Assembly: GCA_012295275.1 (NCBI GenBank)
Contig: CM022678.1
Location: 16,368,001 to 16,432,000 of the forward strand
Source of the DNA: Chrysomallon squamiferum
Lineage: Eukaryota > Animalia > Mollusca
Length of the DNA stretch: 64,000 nt
Reading direction: 5' to 3'
Below, piece after piece: positions 13,701 through 23,609 of the stretch. A program made the translations under genes and the position numbers. Each line of letters begins with the position of its first letter. Positions within the stretch are counted from its first letter, which is position 1. Below the pieces are notes generated by a model. It was not told the origin of the DNA. It did no database searches and saw only the letters and a list, made by a program, of their open reading frames with translations.

Positions 13701-16313
13701 GGGAGAAAAGAAAAAGGAAGAAAATGCGTAAAAAAGGTCGGGGGTCAACGTGCAATGCTCCGAGTATGAAATGTTTCACACACAATGATGACCACTGGCG
13801 CACTCCTCCACTGTGGAAAGGCAAGTTGAAGAGTTTTATTTTAATAATAAATGAAGATGAAGAAGAAGAAGAGCATTTTGCTTCATTTTGATCTCCTTTA
13901 TTTAAAGAGAAGCAAAAAAAAAAGAAATCTTACATATATATATAATTCCCTATGTCAGAGGTCATGAATGATAAAGAACTAAGTGAAGTAAATAATGTAT
14001 ATTCATTTTGGTCAAAATCATAATAGTAAAGGTCAAGATGCATTGCATAAGGTCATTGTAAAGGTCAAAAGAAAAAGGTCGGTGTGAAATGGCAGTGATG
14101 GTCATGGAGAGGTCAAGGTGAAAAGACATCCAAAATGAAAACATTTTGTAGATAGGTCTAATTCTGATAGCAGGTGTTTTTCATGATATATCCATTGTCT
14201 ATGTCAAATTTTAAACTTTTTATTTTTCTGTTCGATGTTAACTCTGGTGTTTTAGGGCTGCATTTCTTTTCTTTTTTTTTAGAAATATTTCTTTGCTGTT
14301 GCAGTTTTATGTTGTACGTAGTAATGACATTGTGTTGTTATGTTTTGAAATCTGTTAATGCTAATGAATGTTTTTGTTCATGGTGTAAGGGGCTTGCCTG
14401 TGTCTCACTGCTGTGGGATTTTTTTTCTGTTTAGCAATAACATACTTTTTTAAGAAGACTATTTTTATATTGTTGTGCTTTTACTTCTTTTTTTTTTAAT
14501 TTACTAATTTTTATTGTTTTTATTTTTATTTTTATTTTTTGTGATGTTGTAATCAGTTTTACTGTTACGGTTGTGATGAATTGGTGTATTGTATAGCGGT
14601 AACCATTAGAATGGAAACTGTTCTCTCTTATCTTCTCTTCCCTCTTCCTTTTTCCTTTCTTGATTCCCTGAGTTGTTTTTCTTCATAGAAAATGACCATT
14701 CTTCCCTGTAAATTGTGGGATATATTCCTTGTGCATGAATCAAAATATTTATTAGAAGAAAAAAGAAAAAAACCAAGAAATTTTTTAATTTGCATGGCAT
14801 ATAGTTGCAGATGCATGTTTTTAGATATCATATTTTTGGATAATGTGTAAAATAATATTAGTAAATTCCAAAAACACACAGCAAACAAAAAAGATACAAA
14901 AGAAAAAAGAAAATTCTTTCCAACTTTTCAGATTCCTTTCCCAAATTTTGAAAATGAAAAAAAAAGAATAAAGAGAAAACCAACATAAAAAAAAAAAAAA
15001 AAAAAGCACACAATTAATTATAATTTGTATTAAAAAAATTAAAAGAAAACAGAAAAAAACAACAACAGAACCATCCAGTGTAGATGTGCATGCCATGTTT
15101 GTACCTAGCTGTTTGCGACTTGCCAAACAAATTTGTTTTCTGTCTCCATTTTTAAGGTCAGCGAAGCTTTAACAACGAGCTGTGTAAAATTAAAGGAATG
15201 GAATGTACGTTGATGATGGATGAACACTGGCGAACGCCACCCCAGTGGACATGTAAGGCAGAAAACCCCACCCACCTCACCTCCCTTCCTTCCTTCCTCT
15301 CTGTTATTTACCCCTCTTCTTTCATTCTCGTTTTATTCATTTTGTGTTCTGTGGAAAAAAACAAAAACATCTCGACGTTATTTTTGGGATATTCGCTGTT
15401 TTTAGGTGGTTTTTAACTTGTTTATTTCTTCTTTTTTTTGTAGTTGTTTTTTTATGTTTGTTACAGTAGATGTGTTTCTGATTTGTCTTACTAGAAGAAG
15501 ATGGTGTTATAAAGAAATGTTATTGACATTATTTGCATTTAAGAAAAAAAAAAAGAAAAGAAAAGACTGAAAGAACAAAATAAAACCAGCTTTTTCAAAT
15601 GCAGTAATGTTTATTAGATGGGTTTACATATGAACATATGTGGACACACACCCATACAAACACATACATACACAAGGAAGACATACACATACACACAAAT
15701 ATATACATACATAAACACACACATAAACACACATACACACTCATACCCAAATACATACACCTACACACACACACACATAAAAATACTTTTCTAACTCCAC
15801 GTTTTTCTTTTTCAACTTTTTAAACATTTATTAAGTATAAAAAGAGAAGTCTTTGCATTTTTATAGCTATAACTGACATTTGTTTTAGAAGTAAAGTTAA
15901 GATTTATATTTTCAACCAATGACTCAGTCATTTTCATCCTTTATACTTTCGTAATTTATATTTATTGTTATTATGATTATCATACCTATTATTACCATTA
16001 TTTGTACAAAATATTAAAATTACTACAGCTAATATACATTCATATAATTTTTATTATTACTTTTTGGAATTTATTTTATATGTTATTTTGATTGTTGCAT
16101 ATTATTATAATTATTGTTATGGAATTTTAAATATTTTTTTTATTGTTTGTTGATTATGCATTCTCATCATTATCATCGTATCACCAGTATTATCATTACT
16201 TTTATTATGTTCATTATAATGAGCTTTGTCATTACAATTATTACTATCATCATCATCATCATCATCATCATCAACATTGTTATTATTATTATTGTTGTTA
16301 TTGGTGTTGTTGA

Positions 16314-16352
<39 letters not shown>

Positions 16353-16576
16353 CAACATCGTTATTGTTATTATTATTATTATTACTATTATTATTTTATC
16401 ATTATTATTATTGATTATTATTATTATTATTAATATTATGATTATCAAGATCATTGTGACTGTTATTATTATTATTATTTTATCATCATTATTATTGATT
16501 ATTATCATTATTTTAAGTATAACAGCATCATTGTTATTAATACTGCTATTATTCTTATTATTATTATTACTGCTGC

Positions 16577-16616
<40 letters not shown>

Positions 16617-16704
16617 GATTATTATCATTATTTTTATTATAATAGCATAATTGTTATTAATACTGCTATTATTCTTATTATTAATATTACTGCTGCTATT
16701 ATTA

Positions 16705-16735
<31 letters not shown>

Positions 16736-18583
16736 TCTTAAAAAAGAAATATTAATTTTTTTTCAGACGGTCCTTTCTGCTTCTGTCCGAACGCTAACAA
16801 CAACACGTACTGGTGTTTGAGGACAGTAAACCAGACGCACAACTTCTTGTACTGCGAGTTCATCACCAACTTCATCAGCTACTACGACCTCAATCAGGAC
16901 CCGCATCAGGTGAGTTCATTTAGCAGGGGTGTACATATTAGCAGGCTAAATCAGTCACCTACCCTTGTTTTGCCATTGGCATAGTTGAAATGGTGGGAGG
17001 CACAGACTGAAAAAGGTAAGCAGGGGCATATCTGAGTGTTTGTTTGTTTTCTGTTTTTGTTTTATAAAGGGCTCTGGAGTCTTGGCTGTGGCCAAAATAC
17101 AGTTGGTTAGGAATGCCCCATCTGAATTAATATCCGAACCATACTAAATACAAACTAGAGTTAATATATTTTAAATTAACATCCAAACCATCCTAGACAA
17201 AAACTTGAGTTATCATAATCTAAACAAAGATGCAAGTTAATACATTTAATAAATTTACAATTTATTATCTAAATTAACATTGAAACCAAGAACAGTATTT
17301 ACAAGCTTGAATTATTATTATCTTAATAACAACCAACAAGAAATTAGTTGTGTTTTTTTCATGTTTGTCTGTGTTTGTTCATGCATGTTTTTTAAATTCA
17401 TAATAAAAAACTAAGGAAGAAAGAAACAATAAACACAAAATTATTGATTTATTAACTGGATCAAGATCATTAACAGAAGATGAGACCTAACGTTATACAG
17501 TAGTGTTTCTCTGTTTGGTTCCAGCTCAACAACGCTGTGCAGGATTTAAATTATGGAGTTTTACAACAACTACACGAGCACTTGGCCTACATGAAAGCTT
17601 GCAAAGGAAGTCGTGGGTGCACACTTGGTCAAGGAAATCATAGAAGTAAAAGTAATATTTTTAAAATACTTAACCTTTAGTCTGTGTAATTCATCTGATG
17701 TACAGGGAAATCATAGAAGTAAAAGTAATATTTTTAAAATACTTAACCTTTAGTCTGTGTAATTCATCTGATGTACAGAGAAATCATAGAAGTAAAAGTA
17801 ATATTTTTAAAATACTTAACCTTTGGTCTGTGTAATTCATCTGATGTACAGGGAAATCATAGAAGTAAAAGTAATATTTTTAAAATACTTAACCTTTAGT
17901 CTGTGTAATTCATCTGATGTACAGAGAAATCGTAGAAGTAAAAGTAATATTTTTAAAATACTTAACCTTTAGTCTGTGTAATTCATCTGATGTACAGGGA
18001 AATCGTAGAAGTAAAAGTAATATTTTTAAAATACTTAACCTTTAGTCTGTGTAATTCATCTGATGTACAGGGAAATCATAGAAGTAAAAGTAATATTTTA
18101 AAAATACTTAACCTTTAGTCTGTGTAATTCATCTGATGTACAGAGAAATCATAGAAGTAAAAGTAATATTTTTAAAATACTTAACCTTTAGTCTGTGTAA
18201 TTCATCTGATGTACAGGGAAATCATAGAAGTAAAAGTAATATTTTTAAAATAGTTAACCTTTAATCTGATTATGTCACTTCAAATTTATATATCTAAATT
18301 AATACTAATTCTTTAGTTTTACCTCATTGTATGGAAAATGTAATTTACCTATGACTGCGTTAATCTTTTAAATTATTTATCGTAATTTTTTTCTTTTTTT
18401 TTTCATTTTCATTCTCATTTATATTCATTATCACAGTATTCATGATTTTACTTGTACATCAGTTTTAATTTTTAATTTTTTTTTTCAGAAACTTCAGATT
18501 CAGGAAGAAAGAAAGAGTTGAGAAAACAAGAACCCCTCAAAGAACGACACTTACCAATCGAAGATGTGGAAACTTTAGGTTGA
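846..18583 (+). CDS. Sulf1: Extracellular sulfatase Sulf-1-like gene, 17 constitutive coding exons (about 840 aa) plus one optional cassette exon
   Basis: Exons join in frame: 846-1032, 2368-2607, 3123-3348, 3875-3970, 5776-5926, 6312-6487, 7016-7144, 7750-7815, 8279-8432, 9553-9739, 10283-10390, 10767-10921, 12707-12822, 13654-13820, [15157-15252], 16767-16909, 17525-17651, 18489-18583. Signal peptide, [18 protein letters not shown] formylglycine motif, [16 protein letters not shown], basic hydrophilic domain with RNKR furin-type site, C-terminal [10 protein letters not shown]. Confidence 0.95.
1037..1830. repeat. Composite satellite: (GT)n spaced by TATAGCCGTTTGTGTAGCA
   Basis: About 14 copies of a near-invariant spacer separated by variable GT runs. 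Confidence 0.92.
2368..2607 (+). CDS. Sulf1: Sulf exon 2 with catalytic CCPSR motif
   Basis: TTCAG|GA...ACAG|GTACGT; [19 protein letters not shown]; catalytic Cys codon 2457-2459. Confidence 0.95.
3123..3348 (+). CDS. Sulf1: Sulf exon 3
   Basis: [33 protein letters not shown]; AG/GT boundaries. Confidence 0.95.
3875..3970 (+). CDS. Sulf1: Sulf exon 4
   Basis: [31 protein letters not shown]; donor CA|GTAAGT. Confidence 0.93.
3969..4730. repeat. 26-bp minisatellite CAGTAAGTCTAGTTCAAAAGGTAAAT, about 29 copies
   Basis: First unit overlaps the Sulf exon 4 donor. Confidence 0.92.
5400..5605. repeat. (TAA)n microsatellite
   Basis: Direct reading. Confidence 0.85.
5776..5926 (+). CDS. Sulf1: Sulf exon 5
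   Basis: [16 protein letters not shown]...[16 protein letters not shown]. Confidence 0.94.
6312..6487 (+). CDS. Sulf1: Sulf exon 6
   Basis: [45 protein letters not shown]. Confidence 0.95.
7016..7144 (+). CDS. Sulf1: Sulf exon 7
   Basis: [32 protein letters not shown]. Confidence 0.93.
7750..7815 (+). CDS. Sulf1: Sulf exon 8
   Basis: [22 protein letters not shown], matching the Sulf WRD.FLVERG-type motif; phase 2-2. Confidence 0.88.
8279..8432 (+). CDS. Sulf1: Sulf exon 9 (hydrophilic domain start)
   Basis: KVTSKQLK...[16 protein letters not shown]; CAA|GTAAGA. Confidence 0.88.
8588..8882. repeat. Degenerate ~35-bp AT-rich tandem repeat (ATTAAATTATATTAGAGTGAATTATATTTT)
   Basis: About 8 imperfect copies. 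Confidence 0.75.
9553..9739 (+). CDS. Sulf1: Sulf exon 10 (alternative in-frame donor after 9745)
   Basis: [19 protein letters not shown]...PCDC...[11 protein letters not shown]. Confidence 0.88.
10283..10390 (+). CDS. Sulf1: Sulf exon 11 with RNKR furin-type site
   Basis: [18 protein letters not shown]...; phase 1-1. Confidence 0.82.
10767..10921 (+). CDS. Sulf1: Sulf exon 12
   Basis: [45 protein letters not shown]. Confidence 0.92.
11015..11579. mobile_element. Degenerate Tc1/mariner-pogo (Tigger-like) MITE in Sulf intron 12
   Basis: TA|CAATGGAACCTTGGGTTAAGAAC ... GTTCATAACCCGCGGTTTCACTG|TA: imperfect terminal inverted repeats flanked by TA. Confidence 0.65.
12707..12822 (+). CDS. Sulf1: Sulf exon 13
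   Basis: [13 protein letters not shown]...[11 protein letters not shown]; AG|GTAAAA. Confidence 0.9.
13654..13820 (+). CDS. Sulf1: Sulf exon 14 (basic cluster plus [23 protein letters not shown]), GC donor
   Basis: Ends AAG|GCAAGT, a typical GC-AG donor in phase 1 that matches the next exons. Confidence 0.9.
15157..15252 (+). CDS. Sulf1: Sulf alternative cassette exon, paralogous to the 3' half of exon 14
   Basis: TTTTAAG|GT CAG...TGG ACA T|GTAAGG, 96 nt, phase 1-1; [31 protein letters not shown]. Confidence 0.78.
15960..16735. repeat. (TAT/CAT)n low-complexity tract
   Basis: Direct reading; source of spurious poly-Ile ORFs. Confidence 0.85.
16767..16909 (+). CDS. Sulf1: Sulf exon 15
   Basis: [47 protein letters not shown]. 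Confidence 0.95.
17525..17651 (+). CDS. Sulf1: Sulf exon 16 (donor after 17645 or 17651)
   Basis: [35 protein letters not shown]. Confidence 0.9.
17633..18265. repeat. 73-bp minisatellite, about 8.7 copies
   Basis: Units start 17633, 17706, 17779 and so on; the first unit includes the last 19 nt of Sulf exon 16. Confidence 0.95.
18489..18583 (+). CDS. Sulf1: Sulf terminal coding exon
   Basis: Poly-T tract plus CAG acceptor, phase 1; [33 protein letters not shown]. Confidence 0.75.
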
Positions 18584-18694
18584 ATGACGATTTAAGTCAA
18601 ACAACAGTGTCATTGCTTCTGTTGTGCATTTATCAATTTGGTGCTGGATTATGTTAACTTTCAAAGCATAACAAACACAACTCTGGTTACAAAC

Positions 18695-19015
18695 TGATGG
18701 TGCTTTTCAAATAGTCTCTTTTAAACTTCAAATCAAAGAAAAAAGATTTTAATTAATCAGAGGAAAAAAAAAAAGAAAACTTTTACTTAACAGTTATGAT
18801 GGAAAGAAGTATTATGGTGCTTTTCAAATAGTCTTAAACTTCAAATCAAAAGAAAAAAGATTTTAATCAAAGGAAAAATAAGAAAGATTTTACTTAACAT
18901 TTATGATGGTGCTTTTCAAATAGTCTTTTAAACTTCAAATTCAAATCAAAAGAAAAAAAGATTTTAATCAAAGGAAAAAAGAAAAAGTTTATTTAACATT
19001 TTGATGAAAGAAATG
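18695..19015. repeat. Degenerate ~100-bp tandem repeat in the Sulf 3' UTR
   Basis: Three copies of ATGGTGCTTTTCAAATAGTC...AAACTTCAAAT...AAGATTTTAAT. Confidence 0.7.
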
Positions 19016-21457
19016 TAACGAAGATAATGCTGGTCAAAAATTGACAGTGATTTTTACATTTTTTGTTTTCCTTTAAACCAGGCAAGAAAAACAGATTATT
19101 AATTTGCATTTTGATGTCATGAACAAAGCATTTGTCATCCATTGGAAGTGTTTTTGAAAGATTTTTATTTTGGTGAAAAGGAACTACTCTTTTCTAAATT
19201 GACATATATCTTCTGTATTTTGATATTGGTTATTATGTGTAAGAAAAAACAAAAACAGTTGGATTCGATCTCACAGAAGATGGATGTTTATAAGAATATG
19301 ATTCATGTGTAATTTATGTTACTGGATGAAATGCAGAAAGAATGTATTGTAATATTTTCCTGTACAGGCATTATGAGCCTTTTGTGTTCAGCTGATTTGA
19401 TTACTTAAGAAATATGTGAATCTTTGCTTTTGGTAAAAAGATGTGAAATGTTTAGTTTAGGTAAAACAGGGCATAAATATTTTTTTAGTATATACAAATA
19501 ATGTGTGAAAGGTGTACATTATTTTTGTGTCTCTAAAAATCATAAAATTGCATTAATAACTTTTAAAATGTTTAAAAATGTGAGAGAAGACATACATTTT
19601 TAGTTCATTTAAAATAAAATAAAAATATACTGAGAACGTTTAATTATATAAAAAATATGAATTTCTAGTTTTAAAAAACATTAAAAGCTGACAGTAGGAA
19701 AAAGACTTAAAACATTTCAATATTTTTGAAATAAGAATTAGATAATTTTCATATAAAAATCTAAAAAGGATATTAAAAAATAATATTTATAAATGATTTC
19801 ACTGTAGGTAAAAAAGAAAAAGACATTAATAATTTTTATTGTATGTAAAAACTTAAACCTTTTTAGTGTCCCTGAAATCCAAATAACATTAACAGACTTA
19901 AGTTTCCTTTTGTATCTATATGAACTAATGTGTAAGATTGATGTGACTGAATGTTCATAGATATCATGATGAAAATTCTAAGCAATCGGTCAATATATTG
20001 TTTAATGATTATATTCATTAAATGAATGAATACTGAGCAGAAATATACAAAATTCGATTTTTGTTTTAATTTTAAACTGATCAGATATTATTTAATTAAT
20101 CGCATAAGAATTTGCTTAATGCATATTGAGGAAAGTTAACAAGAAATAATACTAATTTACAATAAGTTTTAAAAATCACCTTTTAGTATTTATATTCTTT
20201 TTAAATGTTAATAAATATTCAAGACACTTCATCCTATCTACAATAGTCAAATATGAAAGTCAAAAGAAGTATTATTGGTATTTTTAAAACGGTCACATTT
20301 TCGAAGTAATTCTTTATTAAAATTTGGTTGTGAAATTTCTGTTTCTTATTAAGAATTTCTTACAGTGAAAACGAGCATACTGAGACAAAGTTAATGAATA
20401 TTCAAAGTCTTAATGAATATTCATGTAGTTGTGTAGTAAGATGTATTTTATGAGATACTGCCCTATTGATGTGCTTGTTGCTTGATATTACAAAGTGTTC
20501 AGATTAATAGTTCAGCATCCATCCTATCTACATGATCTCTTTGTCATATGAACTAAGTGTATTGTTGTTATTATGTATTATAATTGCTGTATATTTGTTT
20601 TGCTTTGTATAGAAAACATGTTTGTTAGATCTTCAAAATGCTGTCATGTAATTCATTTTTCAAAACGAAAAAGAAGACTTAAAATAACCCAGGGTATTAA
20701 AAAAGATGGCTAATGTTAATTACAGCAAAGTGTTTATAAATAAATAAATTGTTTTTAGTCTGAACAATACTTCTCATCATTATTCATAGTTATTCATTTA
20801 TCTTTCATTCAGTATTTTATTAATTGCTGAAGATAATGTGATAAACAAATAATATTAATTAGAAATTTTGATATTCATGTTTTATATTATGATTTCAGTT
20901 ACAACTTTTTTGTTCGTATTTATTTTTTTTCTAATGCCATTAATTTTCATATTGTTTTCATTTAAAAGAGTTGATATTGTTTTTGTAAACTGGAAATATT
21001 ATTCTCTCTCCATTATTCATTTTCAACCATTCAGTGATTGATTCTGTAAGCTTGGTAATTGCTTTCAGTTATTATTTTTTGGCTAATACACTTTCATTAA
21101 TGCACAGGTTTTCAGTTTTTAAATATTTATTAAAAAAAAAAAAAAAAAAATGATGCGTTTTTGTTATTCATTGCATGTTGGGTATTTTGAATCATTAAAA
21201 TATAGTTGTTTTTTTTAGTTTTTTATTTTTTTAGTTTTTTCACACGTCATTCAGTTTTAGTTCTGTTCTTGGCAATGCAAAGTGTTTTCACTTGCTTGTT
21301 CTAAGAATGATTATAACTATTTTCTGTAGAAGACTGCTCTGTATTTTGTATGTGTGAAAATGTAAAACACTCAACATTTGAAGTGAAATAGATTGTTTAA
21401 TGATATTTGGCTTTTGTGTAAATAATATTGCAGGACAGTAGGAGACATTAGACATTA

Positions 21458-22157
21458 CAGTATTCCCTCGCTATTCGCGGGGGTTACGTTCTTTACCCCC
21501 CCGCAAATAGCGAAAAACCGCGAATATTGGATGCAGTTTTAAAACGTCTATTATGAGATTATATATGGTACTAAATGCTTCCCAAACACTTTCTAAAGAC
21601 ACTCTTACTCATTAATACAGTAATAATGTAGTAATATTGCATGCAGTTACGTATTTCACTAATGTAGTAATGATAATGTAAACACATTTTAATTTTGTAC
21701 TGAAACAATATTTTAATCAGAAAGAAACGTAAGTGCAGGAGGACAGTAACACCGCATAGCATAGTTACCCATACTGTATTACTGTACCGTAAAGTAATTT
21801 TCTATGCGTAGAACATATGTATTAGAATTGACAGAAAGTGGAACAAATTTAAAGGCAAACAGACAGATAAATACAGTACGCACAGTTCAGGTAATAATAA
21901 TACAATTCAGTAATAATATGCAGTCAGCCAATAGCAGCCCAGCCATTGTTCGATGAAGACGTCAATCGATAAAAACTGCTCGAGAGAGTAAATACAGACA
22001 TACCCTCGAAAAGTCTCTATGACCTACAAAAACCCGGTTTTTCCGAGCATTTGTTTTTATGGCGTTATGACGCTAGCCTGGTATCCCAGCATTCGATGCG
22101 ATAGGGTTAAGAGCCTAACCAGCGAATAGGGAACCGCGAACAGGTGAGGGTATACTG
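21458..22157. mobile_element. Tigger/pogo-like MITE with TA target-site duplication
   Basis: TA|CAGTATTCCCTCGCTATTCGCGG ... CCGCGAACAGGTGAGGGTATACTG|TA; the empty site with a single TA is seen in paralogous copies at 43220 and 60068. Confidence 0.9.
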
Positions 22158-22191
22158 TACATGTCTTTTCATTTTATTTCTTTTGTTGTCC

Positions 22192-22236
<45 letters not shown>

Positions 22237-22255
22237 TTTTTTAATTATTATGCTA

Positions 22256-22305
<50 letters not shown>

Positions 22306-22583
22306 GGTAAATAATGGGAAAAAAATTGGTTTACCGTATCAGACTTCTACAGGCAAATTCTTTCTTTTTTACATTATTGTTTTCATTATTAGTGTTACAG
22401 ATTTGAATATATTAATCTTTCTTCTTATTATTATATCCACTATTTTTATAATTTTAATAAATTTGTATGGATATACAAAATGCTTATTTAGAATTATAGA
22501 AGAAAAAAATAATTTGAATAATTAGACATTTTTATATTTAATATTCACTTTAAACTTTCAATTATCACTTTCTTACATACTTC

Positions 22584-22634
<51 letters not shown>

Positions 22635-23064
22635 TTAAATGTTGTTGCTGTCATTCATATTTCTTTCTTCTAATAACTTAATTTTCATTATACTTCAGGA
22701 TCTGTATTAGATATTATTTGTTTCTGCATTCATATATAAAGATCTAAGCGTAGAGACGTAATAATAAAAATGATCTGATCTGTGGAAACCTTTGCCTAAA
22801 ATTTTAACCGTAAAGATATTGCATCTTGCTGCTGTGTTTGCGACTAACACGTAAAAAACATCTGACCTTTGTCATTTACATATCCGGGTTCAGACTTCCG
22901 ACTGCCAGCCAAACACCGAATATTCACTCAACAATCGGCCGGTTCCGCAATGTAATTATTTAGAGTTATCTTACCATTCGGCGAATCATCCTCACTTCCG
23001 ATGACTCGATTCAATAATTCATTGCACTAAATAAATTATTCATATAAAAAGACTGCATTCAAAA

Positions 23065-23574
23065 ATGTAAAGGACAACATGAAGGTAAGTTCTGCTTGAA
23101 TACATGTAAAGTGAAGATACTTGAAACTAGGCGAAGTCTACATTACAAGCTCGGGCGGGCAGAACTAAATCGTAAAATTATTCTTTATGGTTATTAAGTA
23201 ATTTTTATCAAACCAGAAAGCATAAAATTAAAATTCTTTTATTTTTCTAGTATTAGTGTTAAATATAGAAAAGTAATTCTTATCTTCTTCGTTGGTTCTC
23301 AAACAATTTGTTTTATAATAGTTTTTCCTTTTTCATTTCTTACATCCTTGTTTTTAAAAAATATAACTGTCACTATTTCAGAGAGCACAACTTAGCATAA
23401 ACAATAAATATAATGAAACACTCATTATACTTCTAATAACAAACCAACTTAGATCAATAAACATTAGTGAAAACTCGTCAGCGTGACATTTAACAGAAAC
23501 AGACAATTTATAACCCGGCACTGTCATAAGGAAAAGTTTAGTTATTAAGTATAAACAATAAACAGAAACAAAAA

Positions 23575-23609
<35 letters not shown>

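Noticed and set aside
16114-16650. Poly-Ile/Leu ORFs resembling membrane proteins
   Set aside because: (TAT)n intronic tract.
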